From Myxococcota bacterium (GTDB taxonomy: Bacteria; Myxococcota_A; UBA9160; JAFDDA01): 64,000 bases of DNA. The notes below the pieces were generated by a model. It made no database searches. It was not told where the DNA came from and was given only the letters and a program-made list of their open reading frames with translations. Positions 9,873 through 19,311 of the stretch are shown here, one piece after another. The stretch's first letter is position 1. Every line of letters starts with the position of its first letter. The translations under genes and the position numbers were made by a program. The DNA lies in contig OZ245817.1 in the NCBI GenBank assembly GCA_965228475.1, forward strand, positions 2,880,001 through 2,944,000, given 5' to 3'.

Positions 9873-10078
9873 CGAGAGATCCGGTGCTGCAGCGGCGGAG
9901 AGGAACGAACCGGGCGCGGCGCTTCGACGCCTCAGCCGAAGGGCATCATTTCATGCGAGCCAGCCGGAGACAATGGCGCAGTGCGCGCCGGGCCTCGCTT
10001 CAAGCCGGTTGCGGCCCGGGCGGGACTCGCCGAACCTGCCCCGAGCGGTGCCCTTCGCAGCCTTGGGAGCAGCTGGCC

Positions 10079-11308
10079 ATGCAGCCCGGAACCGACGACG
10101 ACCGACCCAACGGTCGCTACGACATGGGTAGCTCGGGCGACCAGCGCCGCATTCGCTCGCTGGCGGACGAGTACCTGGCCTCCGGCGCCACGAGCGAAGA
10201 GCTCATCGAACGCGGGCGGCAACCGGGCACCCCGATCGACGTCGCCCTGGCCCTCCGGCTCGCCCGCTCGAAGCGCTACATCCGCGAGATCCGCTGGGAC
10301 GGCGAGCTCGCGGTCGTCATGGCGATGTGGGGTGAACGGCGGCGGCTTCGGCCTCGCGGGCCGGAGAACCCGACGGGAGAGGATTCACTCCACGCGAAGC
10401 TCGACCAGCTCGAGTGGCTCTTCCGCGACTCGGCCGTGCGCTGGAGCCTGCTTCCGGTCGACGATGGCGACCCGGAGGACAGCGCCTCGGTCGCCCGGGA
10501 ACGAGCCGCGGACCACCCGCTCGGAGACCGCGTCCGCGTGCTGCGCCTGGCGGACGCGCTGCCCGCGACCAACGGACCGCTCGCCACGCTTGCGGACGTG
10601 GACCAGTCGCGGAAGGGAGGCGCGATCGTGCTCGGCGCAGCCACCGCTCTCGAGCGGGGGGCCGACGCGATCCTGATCACGGATGCGGACAACTCGGTGC
10701 ACCTCGGACAGGCGGGGCTCCTGCTCGAACCGTTCGTCCGCCGAGGCAGCGACGTCGTCGTCGGCGACCGCAAGCACCCCGATGCCGTCCTCGTGAAGGC
10801 GGAAGCCCGCTGGGGCCCGGGCATCGTGGTCCTCCGGCACATGCAGCGCATGGTGGGGCGCGCCCTCTTCGGACGTGGGCTGCGCGACACCCAGGCCGCC
10901 TTCAAGCTCTACGGGCGCCGGGCGCTCGAGCCGGTGCTTGCAGCCCCCTCGACCTTCGGTTTCTCCTTCGACTCGGACTGGCTGCTCGCGGCCCTGGGCG
11001 CCGGAGCCGAGATCGAACGAATTCCTTTCGTCTTCACCGACTCCTTCGAGGAGTCCGCATCGATCGTGCAGGGCCCGATGACGACCTGGGAGTCCCTGCT
11101 CCAGGGCCTCGTCGCCGCCGCCCGGGCGCGCGGCGCCGACCACGACGAAGAGATGGCCACCGTCGTCGACGACTTCGGCCAGGCCGCCACCCTGGAAAAG
11201 GTCGTCGCCCGGGTCCCCGAAGCGCTCGTCGGCGTCTCGGACGCGGAGCTCGGCCAGCGCTCGACGATGACGCCGTCTGAACTTCGAACCTGGCTGGAGA
11301 CCCTGTGA
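10079..11308 (+). CDS. Glycosyltransferase family 2-like protein (start may be 10124)
   Basis: VDDG, SRKGGA, DAD (DxD), DTQAAFKLY, FSFD motifs resembling polyprenyl-phosphate glycosyltransferases. Confidence 0.7.
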   Translation: MQPGTDDDRPNGRYDMGSSGDQRRIRSLADEYLASGATSEELIERGRQPGTPIDVALALRLARSKRYIREIRWDGELAVVMAMWGERRRLRPRGPENPTGEDSLHAKLDQLEWLFRDSAVRWSLLPVDDGDPEDSASVARERAADHPLGDRVRVLRLADALPATNGPLATLADVDQSRKGGAIVLGAATALERGADAILITDADNSVHLGQAGLLLEPFVRRGSDVVVGDRKHPDAVLVKAEARWGPGIVVLRHMQRMVGRALFGRGLRDTQAAFKLYGRRALEPVLAAPSTFGFSFDSDWLLAALGAGAEIERIPFVFTDSFEESASIVQGPMTTWESLLQGLVAAARARGADHDEEMATVVDDFGQAATLEKVVARVPEALVGVSDAELGQRSTMTPSELRTWLETL

Positions 11309-12906
11309 GCGACACGACGGAGCGCTATGACGTGATCGTCATCGGTGCGGGCGTGAGTGGCATGTATGCGCTGCACCACTTCCGCGAGATGGGCCTGTCC
11401 GTGCGTGTGTACGACGGAGCGAGCGACGTCGGAGGGACGTGGTGGTACAACCGCTACCCGGGCGCGCGCGTCGACGGCCCGGGCAGCCCCTTCTACTGCT
11501 ACACCTTCTCCGACGAACTGATGAAAGAATGGGACTGGGCCGAGACCCAGTCCACGCAGGCCGACGTGCTGGCCTATCTCGAACACGTCGCCGACAAGTT
11601 CGATCTGCGCCGCGACATCCAGTTCGAGACCTGGGTCGAGGACGCGCGCTTCGACGAGACCGCGCGGCGCTGGACCGTCGAGACCCACGCGGGCACCCGG
11701 GCTTCGGCCCCGTTCCTGATCTGCGCGGTCGGCGCCCTCTCCACGGCGAACCGGCCCGACATCCCGGGGATCGAAGACTTCGCGGGCGAGTGTCACCACA
11801 CGGGGCGCTGGCCCCACGACCCGGTCTCCTTCGCCGGCAAACGCGTCGCCGTGATCGGCACCGGCTCTTCGGGGATCCAGGCGATTCCCGAGATCGCGCG
11901 TGAAGCGGCGCACCTGACCGTGCTGCAGCGCACGGCGCAGTTCTCCGCTCCGGCTGGAAACCAGCCCATCACGCCGGAAGAGATGTCCGAGGCCCGGCGG
12001 GACTGGGAAGTCATCCGCGCCCGGATGCTCGCGCACCCCGGCGGCTTCCCGTTCGAGCCCAACCCCCGCTCGGCCCTCGACGAGACGCCCGAGCAGCGCC
12101 GCGAACGGTACGAAGCACTCTGGCAGCGCGGCGGGTTCCGATTCTTCCTCGACGGCTACGCGGACATCCCGATCCACGAGGAGGCCAACGCCTCGCTCTC
12201 GGATTTCGTACGCGACAAGATCCTGGAGATCGTGAAGGACCCGGAGACGGCCCGGAAGCTCCTCCCGGACCACTTCATCATGACCAAGCGGCCGATCCTC
12301 GACAACGGCTACTTCGAGACCTTCAACCGCGAGAACGTCAGCCTCGTCGACCTGCGCGAGGACCCCATCGAGCGTTTCACCCCCACGAGCGTCATCACGC
12401 GAACGGGCGAGCACCCCATCGACATGCTCGTCCTCGCGACCGGCTTCGACGCCATCAGCGGCTCCATGCTTCGCCTGAACCCCATGGGGCGCGGTGGCGC
12501 CCGGCTCGAAGAGCGATGGAAGGACCGATTCCACAACTACCTGGGGCTCACCATCGCGGGCTTCCCCAACCTGTTCGTGATCCACGGCCCGGGCTCGCCC
12601 GGCGTCTTCTACAACATGCCCCTCGGAGCCGAACGACAGATGGAGTGGATCGGCAACCTCGTCCGGCACCTCCAGAAGCACGGACTCGCCGCCGCCGAAC
12701 CCACGAAGGAAAGCGAAGAGTCCTGGGCGAGTGAGGTCGACGCCATCGCGAATGCCACGCTCTTTCCGAGGACCGATTCCTGGTGGACCGGCGCGAACAT
12801 CCCGGGCAAGCCCCGGTATTTCTCGGCGTACCTCGTCGGCATGCTCTACTACCAACGGATCGCCGAGGTCGCCGCCGCGGATTACCCCGGCTTCGTCTTC
12901 GAGTGA
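11305..12906 (+). CDS. Baeyer-Villiger monooxygenase (cyclohexanone/steroid monooxygenase-like)
   Basis: GAGVSG, GGTWWYNRYPGARVD, type I BVMO fingerprint FAGECHHTGRWP, GTGSSG, ATGFD, SWWTGANIPGKP. Confidence 0.93.
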   Translation: MSDTTERYDVIVIGAGVSGMYALHHFREMGLSVRVYDGASDVGGTWWYNRYPGARVDGPGSPFYCYTFSDELMKEWDWAETQSTQADVLAYLEHVADKFDLRRDIQFETWVEDARFDETARRWTVETHAGTRASAPFLICAVGALSTANRPDIPGIEDFAGECHHTGRWPHDPVSFAGKRVAVIGTGSSGIQAIPEIAREAAHLTVLQRTAQFSAPAGNQPITPEEMSEARRDWEVIRARMLAHPGGFPFEPNPRSALDETPEQRRERYEALWQRGGFRFFLDGYADIPIHEEANASLSDFVRDKILEIVKDPETARKLLPDHFIMTKRPILDNGYFETFNRENVSLVDLREDPIERFTPTSVITRTGEHPIDMLVLATGFDAISGSMLRLNPMGRGGARLEERWKDRFHNYLGLTIAGFPNLFVIHGPGSPGVFYNMPLGAERQMEWIGNLVRHLQKHGLAAAEPTKESEESWASEVDAIANATLFPRTDSWWTGANIPGKPRYFSAYLVGMLYYQRIAEVAAADYPGFVFE

Positions 12907-12925
12907 GCGGCGAGAGAGGCCAGGC

Positions 12926-13753
12926 GTGAGCAAGCAAGCGAAGTATCTCGGCATGCGGCCCGGCGACCTCGACGGAAAGCCCTATGCCCGCCACTGGAAC
13001 CCCGACATGGGGCCGATGCAGGAACCGGCCCGCCGCGCCCTCTTGCACGGACCCGAAGCCTCGGAGCTCGGCTTCCCGTTCAGCGAAGTGCACCGGCTCC
13101 TCGAGCCCGGCGATCTGCCCCTCGAGAATGGCTACACGCGCCTTCCCAACGGTCAGGTCTTCGTCGCGGCGCTGACGAAGATGCCGGGTGTCACGAGCGC
13201 GATGATCGACTGGTGGTTCGGCTGGCACTACATGGAGTCCCAGCGGTACAAGCTCTGGCACCCCCGCGCGCACCTGTCGAACGGCGCCGAGAAGATGATC
13301 GGAGACGAGCCCGGCCTCTCCGACCGCGAGAAGTACCTGAACAACCCGAACTACGTGACCGAGTACGTCGGCTCGGAGCGGCTCGACATCGTGATCACCT
13401 TCCGCGACGCCGGCGAGCTCTTCGACGTCGCCCGATTCGAGGAATCCCGGACGGGCACGATCGTCTGCGGGACCGTCAGCCACCCCACCCTGCCGGTGGC
13501 GGTCGCGCGCCTCGTCCACCAGATCCGCGCGACCGACGACGGCTGCGAGATGCGAAGCCGCTTCTGGATGGGCGACGTCGAGCTGAAAGGAGCGGCGCGC
13601 TTCCTGAAGCCCGTGGCCAATGCCGGCTTCGTCACGCGCCGCGCCGTCTCCCTCTCCCAGGGTCGCGACCTCCTCGCGCACTGTGCGGCCGAGATGAACC
13701 ACCTGGCGAGCTTTCTCCCGGCGCTCTACGCGGACTACCACCCCGGGGCGTAG
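12926..13753 (+). CDS. PhlG-family (DAPG hydrolase-like) C-C hydrolase
   Basis: LENGY, MPGVT..MIDWWFGWH, RYKLWHP.AH, EYVG, EMRSRFW, HC..EM.HL metal-binding motif. Confidence 0.82.
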   Translation: MSKQAKYLGMRPGDLDGKPYARHWNPDMGPMQEPARRALLHGPEASELGFPFSEVHRLLEPGDLPLENGYTRLPNGQVFVAALTKMPGVTSAMIDWWFGWHYMESQRYKLWHPRAHLSNGAEKMIGDEPGLSDREKYLNNPNYVTEYVGSERLDIVITFRDAGELFDVARFEESRTGTIVCGTVSHPTLPVAVARLVHQIRATDDGCEMRSRFWMGDVELKGAARFLKPVANAGFVTRRAVSLSQGRDLLAHCAAEMNHLASFLPALYADYHPGA

Positions 13754-13757
13754 CGTG

Positions 13758-13775
13758 TAGAATGAACACGTTCAT
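13758..13775 (+). promoter_or_regulatory. Candidate -10 element and TetR operator
   Basis: TAGAAT (13758-13763) overlapping the inverted repeat ATGAAC-ac-GTTCAT (13762-13775), just upstream of a TetR gene. Confidence 0.55.
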
Positions 13776-13799
13776 CGAATAGCCCGCCCCGAGGAAACC

Positions 13800-14405
13800 G
13801 TGCCGAGGAAGCCGGCGACTCCCGAACAACGCATGGAACTCCGACGCCGCCTCCGGCAGGCCGCGGAGGAGGTGTACGTCGAGAAGGGACTCCAGGGCGT
13901 CTCGGCTCGCGCCATCGCGAAGCGCGCGGGCGTCTCCCCGGGAACGCTCTACCTCCACTTCGAGAACCTCGAAGACCTGATGCGGTCGCTCTGGACCGAG
14001 CCGGTCGCCCGGGCCAACGAACGTCTCGAGCGGATTGCGAAGTCCCGTCGCGATCCGCTCCGGCGGATCCGCGCACTGCTCGAAGCGTACGTCGCCTTCG
14101 CGCGCGAGAACCCCATGGTGTACCGGCGGGTGATCCTCTTCGTGCGTCCGGAGACCCAGCCCTCCCCCGAGCGGCGGCCGCTGTCCGAGTTTCCGATCCA
14201 CGCCCTGCTCTGTGAGGCGATTCGCGAAGGTCAGGAGCGCGGCCAGATCCGCGCCGGCAACCCGCGCCAGATGGCCCAGGTGCTCTGGGCGTCGCTTCAC
14301 GGCGCTCTGGGCCTGCCCATCAACGTCGACGGGGCCGCCTTCGATCCGCCGGAGAAGCTCGCGCGCGCGACGATCCGGCTCCTCCTCCGGGCCATCGAGG
14401 CCTGA
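13800..14405 (+). CDS. TetR/AcrR family regulator
   Basis: SARAIAKRAGVSPGTLYLHF HTH; C-terminal WASLHG. Confidence 0.9.
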   Translation: MPRKPATPEQRMELRRRLRQAAEEVYVEKGLQGVSARAIAKRAGVSPGTLYLHFENLEDLMRSLWTEPVARANERLERIAKSRRDPLRRIRALLEAYVAFARENPMVYRRVILFVRPETQPSPERRPLSEFPIHALLCEAIREGQERGQIRAGNPRQMAQVLWASLHGALGLPINVDGAAFDPPEKLARATIRLLLRAIEA

Positions 14406-14416
14406 CGTCGTCGGGT

Positions 14417-15610
14417 CTAGCTCGCCGGTCGCAGCTCGTTCAGCGCGGCGCCGTTCTCGTAGAGGATCTTCGCCTGGTCGCCGAGCGAGAGGCCGTCGAG
14501 TTCCGCCTCGCCGAGGATGTCCATGGGCTGCTCCATCCCCTCCATGTGGGGCCAGTCGGAGCCGTAGATCACCCGGTCGGCCCCCATGTGCTCCACGACG
14601 TCCGTGATCTTGTCCTCCCAGAACGGGTTGATCCAGACGTTGCGCCGGAAGAGCTCGGCCGGATCTTCCTTGTAGTACCAGGGCATTCGCTGCTTCGAGT
14701 GTTCGAGCTTCACGAACAGATCGCCGAGGAAGCCCGAGCCGTTCTCGACCGAGCAGATCCGCAGGTTCGGGAACCGCTCGAACATCCGGTCGAAGGCAAA
14801 GGTGAGCAGGTAGTCGTAGATCGCACGTTCGGGAATCAGCCCCGCGACGGTCGGCTTCAGTCCTCCGCCGAGGGAGTCGATCGCCGAGTTCCCACCGTAG
14901 CCGTTCGACGTGTACCCGGTGCTCCCGACGTGGGCCACCACCGTGATGCCGGCCTCGTTCACGCGTGACCAGAACGGGTCGAAGCGCTCGTCGGTGTGCG
15001 GGAACCAGCCGTCGCGCGTCAGGATCGGCGACGGGCGCATGACGATCAGGCGCGCATCGTGCTCGAGGGCCCAGTCGAGCTCGCGGCAGGCCCAGTCGAC
15101 GTCGGCCAGGGTCAGATAGGGCGCGCTGAAGAGCTTGTCCTTGTAGCTGAGGCCCCAGTCCTCCTCGAGCCACCGGTTGAAACCCTCGGTCAGCACGCAG
15201 AGTGCCTCGATGTCCCGCGACATGGCCTGCTCGTACAGCACCCCTGCGGTCGGGAACAACCAGGCGCCGGCCAGGCCCTGCGCCTCGGCGCGAGCGACGC
15301 GCGCGTCCCGATCCATGTACTCGGGCGGCATCGGCTCGAGGGCCGAGCGGATGAGTTCGAGGAAGCTCTTCCCTTCCGGATTGCCCTGGTAGTACTCGCG
15401 CAGTACGCCCGGCTTCGAGATCGGGTTGAAGGTCGGGTTGCCGACGGCGTGGTTGAGCTTGCCGGCGACGAGATGGCGGCGCTTCCCGTCCATCTCGACC
15501 CACTGCACGCACCGCTTCTGCATGCGCTTGGGGACGTGGCGCATGAAGGCGTCTTCCGCCTCGTAGTAGTGGTTGTCGCAGTCGAAGAGAGGGCCGTCGT
15601 AGCGCTCCAT
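14417..15610 (-). CDS. Amidohydrolase family protein (Amidohydro_2)
   Basis: DCDNHYYE, FNRWL, VVAH, VENG, YGSDWPH.EG. Confidence 0.88.
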   Translation of the reverse strand: MERYDGPLFDCDNHYYEAEDAFMRHVPKRMQKRCVQWVEMDGKRRHLVAGKLNHAVGNPTFNPISKPGVLREYYQGNPEGKSFLELIRSALEPMPPEYMDRDARVARAEAQGLAGAWLFPTAGVLYEQAMSRDIEALCVLTEGFNRWLEEDWGLSYKDKLFSAPYLTLADVDWACRELDWALEHDARLIVMRPSPILTRDGWFPHTDERFDPFWSRVNEAGITVVAHVGSTGYTSNGYGGNSAIDSLGGGLKPTVAGLIPERAIYDYLLTFAFDRMFERFPNLRICSVENGSGFLGDLFVKLEHSKQRMPWYYKEDPAELFRRNVWINPFWEDKITDVVEHMGADRVIYGSDWPHMEGMEQPMDILGEAELDGLSLGDQAKILYENGAALNELRPAS

Positions 15611-15632
15611 GGGGGACTCCTTGATGGTCGGC

Positions 15633-16442
15633 CTAGCGGCCGCGGAACTCGGGTTTGCGCCGCTCGAGGAAGGAACGGATGCCCTCCTTCACGTCCTCGG
15701 AACGGCTCGCGATCCTCTGGTTGCGCGCTTCGAAATCGAGCAGGCTCTCGAAGGGCCGGTTCGCGCTTTCGTAGACCGCGGCCTTCGCGAAGCCGTAGGC
15801 CACGGTCGGTCCGTGGGCGAGCCGCTCGGCGAACTCGCGGGTCGCGTCGGCCAGCGCATCGGCAGCGACGACCCGGTTGACCAGGCCGAGCTCGAGGGCT
15901 TCGGCGGCGTCGATGATGTCGCCGGTGAACAGGAGCTCGAGTGCCTTGGCCGTCCCGACGAGTTCGCGCAGGAGGTGCGACGCACCCCCGTCGGGCGCAA
16001 GGCCGATCCGCGAGAAGACCACGCCGAAGCGCGCGACCTCCGAGACGATCCGCAGGTCGGCCGCGAGCGCCAGGCTGCAACCGATCCCGACGGCGTCGCC
16101 GTTGACGCTGGCGAGTACCGGTTTGGGGAGCGTGCGAAGGCGGAGGATGCACCGGTTGCCGCGGTCGAGGATGTCGCCCCCTGCGTCGCCCGGGAAGCTC
16201 GGCGCAGCCGTACGGCGGCGTTCCTCCTTGGAGACCGGCTTCAGGTCGGCGCCCGCCGAGAATCCCCGGCCGGCGCCGGCCAGCACCACGACGCGGACCT
16301 CCGGATCCCCCTCGATCTCGAGGAGGATCCGCTCCATGTCGAGAAACATCGCGTTCGTCAGCGCGTTGCGGGCGGCGGGACGATTCAGCGTGAACGTCGC
16401 GATACCACCGTACTTCTCGAAGAGGAGCGCATCGTCCGCCAT
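15633..16442 (-). CDS. Enoyl-CoA hydratase/isomerase
   Basis: LNRP..RNAL, FSAGADL, KPVLASVNGDAVG.G, EGIRSFLERRKPEF.GR. Confidence 0.92.
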   Translation of the reverse strand: MADDALLFEKYGGIATFTLNRPAARNALTNAMFLDMERILLEIEGDPEVRVVVLAGAGRGFSAGADLKPVSKEERRRTAAPSFPGDAGGDILDRGNRCILRLRTLPKPVLASVNGDAVGIGCSLALAADLRIVSEVARFGVVFSRIGLAPDGGASHLLRELVGTAKALELLFTGDIIDAAEALELGLVNRVVAADALADATREFAERLAHGPTVAYGFAKAAVYESANRPFESLLDFEARNQRIASRSEDVKEGIRSFLERRKPEFRGR

Positions 16443-16445
16443 CGG

Positions 16446-17210
16446 CTAGCGGCCCTCCACGCGATGCACCATCGACCAGACCAGGCCCGGTGCGAAGCGG
16501 CGCATCACCTGGGCGAGCTTCGTCTGGGCCGTCGGGAAGCAGAAGGGCTTGCCCTTCGCGAGGTCCCGCTCGATGGCATCGAGCACCTGCCCGGGCGGAA
16601 TCGGCTTGCCCATCTCGAGCACCTTCGGCTTCGAGACGGCCTGGTCGAGCAGCGGCGTCGCCACCGGCGGCGGGCAGACGGCGATGATGCGAACCCCTTT
16701 GCCGAGGTTCTCGTGGTGGAGCACCTCGCTGAACGCCACCACCGCGAACTTCGCCGCGTTGTAGGCGCCGAAGTGCATCGTCGGGCCCCAGCCCGCGATC
16801 GATGCGAAGTTGATCAGGTCCCCGCGCCCCCGTTCGAGCATCCCGGGGAGGATGGCCTTGGCCACGTGCACGACGCCGTCGTAGTCGACGCGCATGATGC
16901 GGGTGATCGTCTCCGTGTCCTGCTCCATCAGGATCCCGGTGGGCATGATGGCCGCCGCATTGTAGACCCGGTCGATGGGCCCGAGCCGATCCTCCACCTC
17001 CTTCACCGTCGCGAGGACCGCCTGGTTGTCGGTCACGTCGAGACGCCACGTGTGAATGGCCTCGCGCCCCTCGGCCGTCTCGGCGAGTCCGGCCTCGTTG
17101 ACGTCGACGGCGGCGACCTTCGCGCCGGCATCCGCCATGCGCTGGGCGGCCAGCCGCCCCATGCCGCTCCCGCCTCCGGTCACGAACACCACCTGGTCTG
17201 CGAAGGGCAT
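16446..17210 (-). CDS. SDR family oxidoreductase
   Basis: TGGGSGMG, NAAAI, YNAAK (YxxxK). Confidence 0.9.
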   Translation of the reverse strand: MPFADQVVFVTGGGSGMGRLAAQRMADAGAKVAAVDVNEAGLAETAEGREAIHTWRLDVTDNQAVLATVKEVEDRLGPIDRVYNAAAIMPTGILMEQDTETITRIMRVDYDGVVHVAKAILPGMLERGRGDLINFASIAGWGPTMHFGAYNAAKFAVVAFSEVLHHENLGKGVRIIAVCPPPVATPLLDQAVSKPKVLEMGKPIPPGQVLDAIERDLAKGKPFCFPTAQTKLAQVMRRFAPGLVWSMVHRVEGR

Positions 17211-17240
17211 CGTGTCTCCTCTCTTCGAGAACGCCTGCCG

Positions 17241-18494
17241 TCAGGCGAGATGCAGCGGCAACCGCGTGATGCCGCCGATGAAGTTGGATTCGAGCCGCTC
17301 GGCCGGCCCCGCGAGCCGGATGGCCGGGAAGCGGCGCAGGAACTCTTCGAGGGTCACGCGCATCTCGAGCCGGGCGATGTGGCTCCCCATGCAGAAGTGC
17401 GTGCCGATGCCGAAGGCCAGGTGCGGGTTCGGGCGCCGCGTGATGTCGAAGGTCTCGGGGCTTTCGAAGACCTCCGGGTCGCGGTTGGCCGCGCCGTAGT
17501 ACATGACGACCTTGTCGCCTTTGCGGATCTTCCGCCCCCCGAGCTCCGTGTCCCGGGTCGCCGTCCGGCGAAACTGCATCACCGGCGAGACCCAGCGCAG
17601 CATCTCCTCGATGGCCTGGGGCAGGAGGGACGGATCCCGGCGCAGGAGCGCCAGCTGCTCGGGATGTTCGCAGAGCGCCTGGATGCCCCCGGAGAGCGCG
17701 TTCCGCGTGGTCTCGTTGCCGGCCACGATCAAGAGGAAGAAGTTCACCTGAAGCATCCGGCGCGTGAGCGGTGCTCCCTGGAACTCCCCGGTGACGAGAC
17801 TCGAGAACGGGTCGTCGAGGGGCCGCTTGCGGCGCTCCCGTTCGAGGAGGGTCGATTGCAGAAAGATCTGGGCCAGCGCGAAGCGCACGCGCAGCCGGTT
17901 CCAGAGCCCGGGCTCGCCGAAGCGCATCGTCTGGTTCGTCCAGCGATAGAAGCGGGCCGTGTACTCGTCGGGTACGCCGAGGAAGTTCGTGAGGATCCGC
18001 AGCGAGATCGGCGCGGAGACGGCGTCCACGAAGTCGCACTCGGTCCGGCCCTCGAGGCGGTCGAGGGTCTCGCACACGACCTTCCGCATGTGGGCTTCGG
18101 TCTCGCGCACGACGGCCGGCTTGAACTTCACGTTCATGAGGTTCCGCAGCTCGGTGTGGCCGGGCGGGTCCATCTGGATGAGCTGGTCGTAGGCCAGCTC
18201 GCGCAGCCGCGGCGGCAGGTCGTTCAGCGCGGAGGTTCCGACCTCGGAGGAGAAGAGCTCCGGGTCTTTCGAGACCTGCACGACGTCCTCGTAGCGCGTG
18301 AGCGCCCAGTAGCCCGGCCAGGGAAGGAAGCCGAAGAGCTCGCGCTCCGGCTGCCAGTGAACCGGGTCTTCTTCCCGCAGGACGCGGTAGTACTCGTGGG
18401 GGATGCCGTCGAGGAAGGTCCGCGGGTCCGAGAGGTCGACGTCGCCGGGGCGGAGTCCGGTCACGAGCGGCTGCTTCAGGGCCGGGGCGCTCAT
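17241..18494 (-). CDS. Cytochrome P450 (CYP125/CYP142-like)
   Basis: MDPPGH, AGNETT I-helix, EEMLR (ExxR), AANRD, FGIGTHFCMG heme Cys. Confidence 0.93.
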   Translation of the reverse strand: MSAPALKQPLVTGLRPGDVDLSDPRTFLDGIPHEYYRVLREEDPVHWQPERELFGFLPWPGYWALTRYEDVVQVSKDPELFSSEVGTSALNDLPPRLRELAYDQLIQMDPPGHTELRNLMNVKFKPAVVRETEAHMRKVVCETLDRLEGRTECDFVDAVSAPISLRILTNFLGVPDEYTARFYRWTNQTMRFGEPGLWNRLRVRFALAQIFLQSTLLERERRKRPLDDPFSSLVTGEFQGAPLTRRMLQVNFFLLIVAGNETTRNALSGGIQALCEHPEQLALLRRDPSLLPQAIEEMLRWVSPVMQFRRTATRDTELGGRKIRKGDKVVMYYGAANRDPEVFESPETFDITRRPNPHLAFGIGTHFCMGSHIARLEMRVTLEEFLRRFPAIRLAGPAERLESNFIGGITRLPLHLA

Positions 18495-19222
18495 CGGTCC
18501 GAATCGATCCAGGCGACGGGCTGCTTGAGCTCTTCGGGGGCGTTCCGCTCGCGATAGCGCGCGGCGGCAGCCAACGACCGGGCGATGATCGCGCGGGCCT
18601 CCTCGGGCTCACCGTTCTCGATGGCGCTGACGACTCTCGCGTAGCTGCGAACGGCCGATGCGCGCTCCCGCTCTCCCCAATCGCCGCTGCCCTCGGACAT
18701 CCGGTGCAGGGCGTCCACCAGCACCGCGAGCACCGGGTTCGCCGAAGCGGTGCCGAGCAGGCTCATGAAGCGGCGGGCTTCTTCGATGAAGAACTCGGGG
18801 TCTGCGGCGCCCTCGCGCAGGCGTGAGACGCTCTCCTTCAAGGCGGCGACGTCTTCGGCGCTCGCGCGCTCCGCCGCCTCGGCCGCCAGGACGGGGTAGA
18901 TGGAACGGCGTGCGTCCACGACGGAACGGAAGGTCGCGCCCGCGAACTGAAGGTGGAGTGAGAGCACGCTCGCCAGGTGGTCGGCACCCGGGACGCTCAC
19001 GACGGGGCCGCCCCCCGGTCCGGCCTTGATGCGGAGCGCGCCCTGGAGCTCCAGGAAGCGAAGCGCTTCGCGAACGGTGGCCCGCGCGACACCGAGGCCC
19101 TCGACCATGCGGTGCTCGGAGGCGAGCTTCGTGCCCGGCCGCAGGCGCCGCCGCCGGATCTCTCCGACGAGCTTGCGCGCAACGCGGATGGCCGCGCGTT
19201 CCTGGGTCGCCTTCGAGCGCAT
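18491..19222 (-). CDS. GntR/FadR family regulator
   Basis: PGTKLASE...LGVARATVREALRFLE..G...GPGGG winged HTH; FCD-like C-terminus. Confidence 0.88.
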   Translation of the reverse strand: MRSKATQERAAIRVARKLVGEIRRRRLRPGTKLASEHRMVEGLGVARATVREALRFLELQGALRIKAGPGGGPVVSVPGADHLASVLSLHLQFAGATFRSVVDARRSIYPVLAAEAAERASAEDVAALKESVSRLREGAADPEFFIEEARRFMSLLGTASANPVLAVLVDALHRMSEGSGDWGERERASAVRSYARVVSAIENGEPEEARAIIARSLAAAARYRERNAPEELKQPVAWIDSDR

Positions 19223-19261
19223 GCGATCGGCGCCTCCGAGAGCTCCGGTTGACCGAGGCTT

Positions 19262-19277
19262 AACTAGTATCATAGTA
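19262..19277. promoter_or_regulatory. Candidate GntR/FadR operator, copy 1
   Basis: AACTAGTATCATAGTA in a divergent intergenic region; first 12 bp identical to the copy at 25558. Confidence 0.6.
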
Positions 19278-19311
19278 TCGCTCGGCCAGGAACCCCACCC
19301 CGCGAGGGCCC

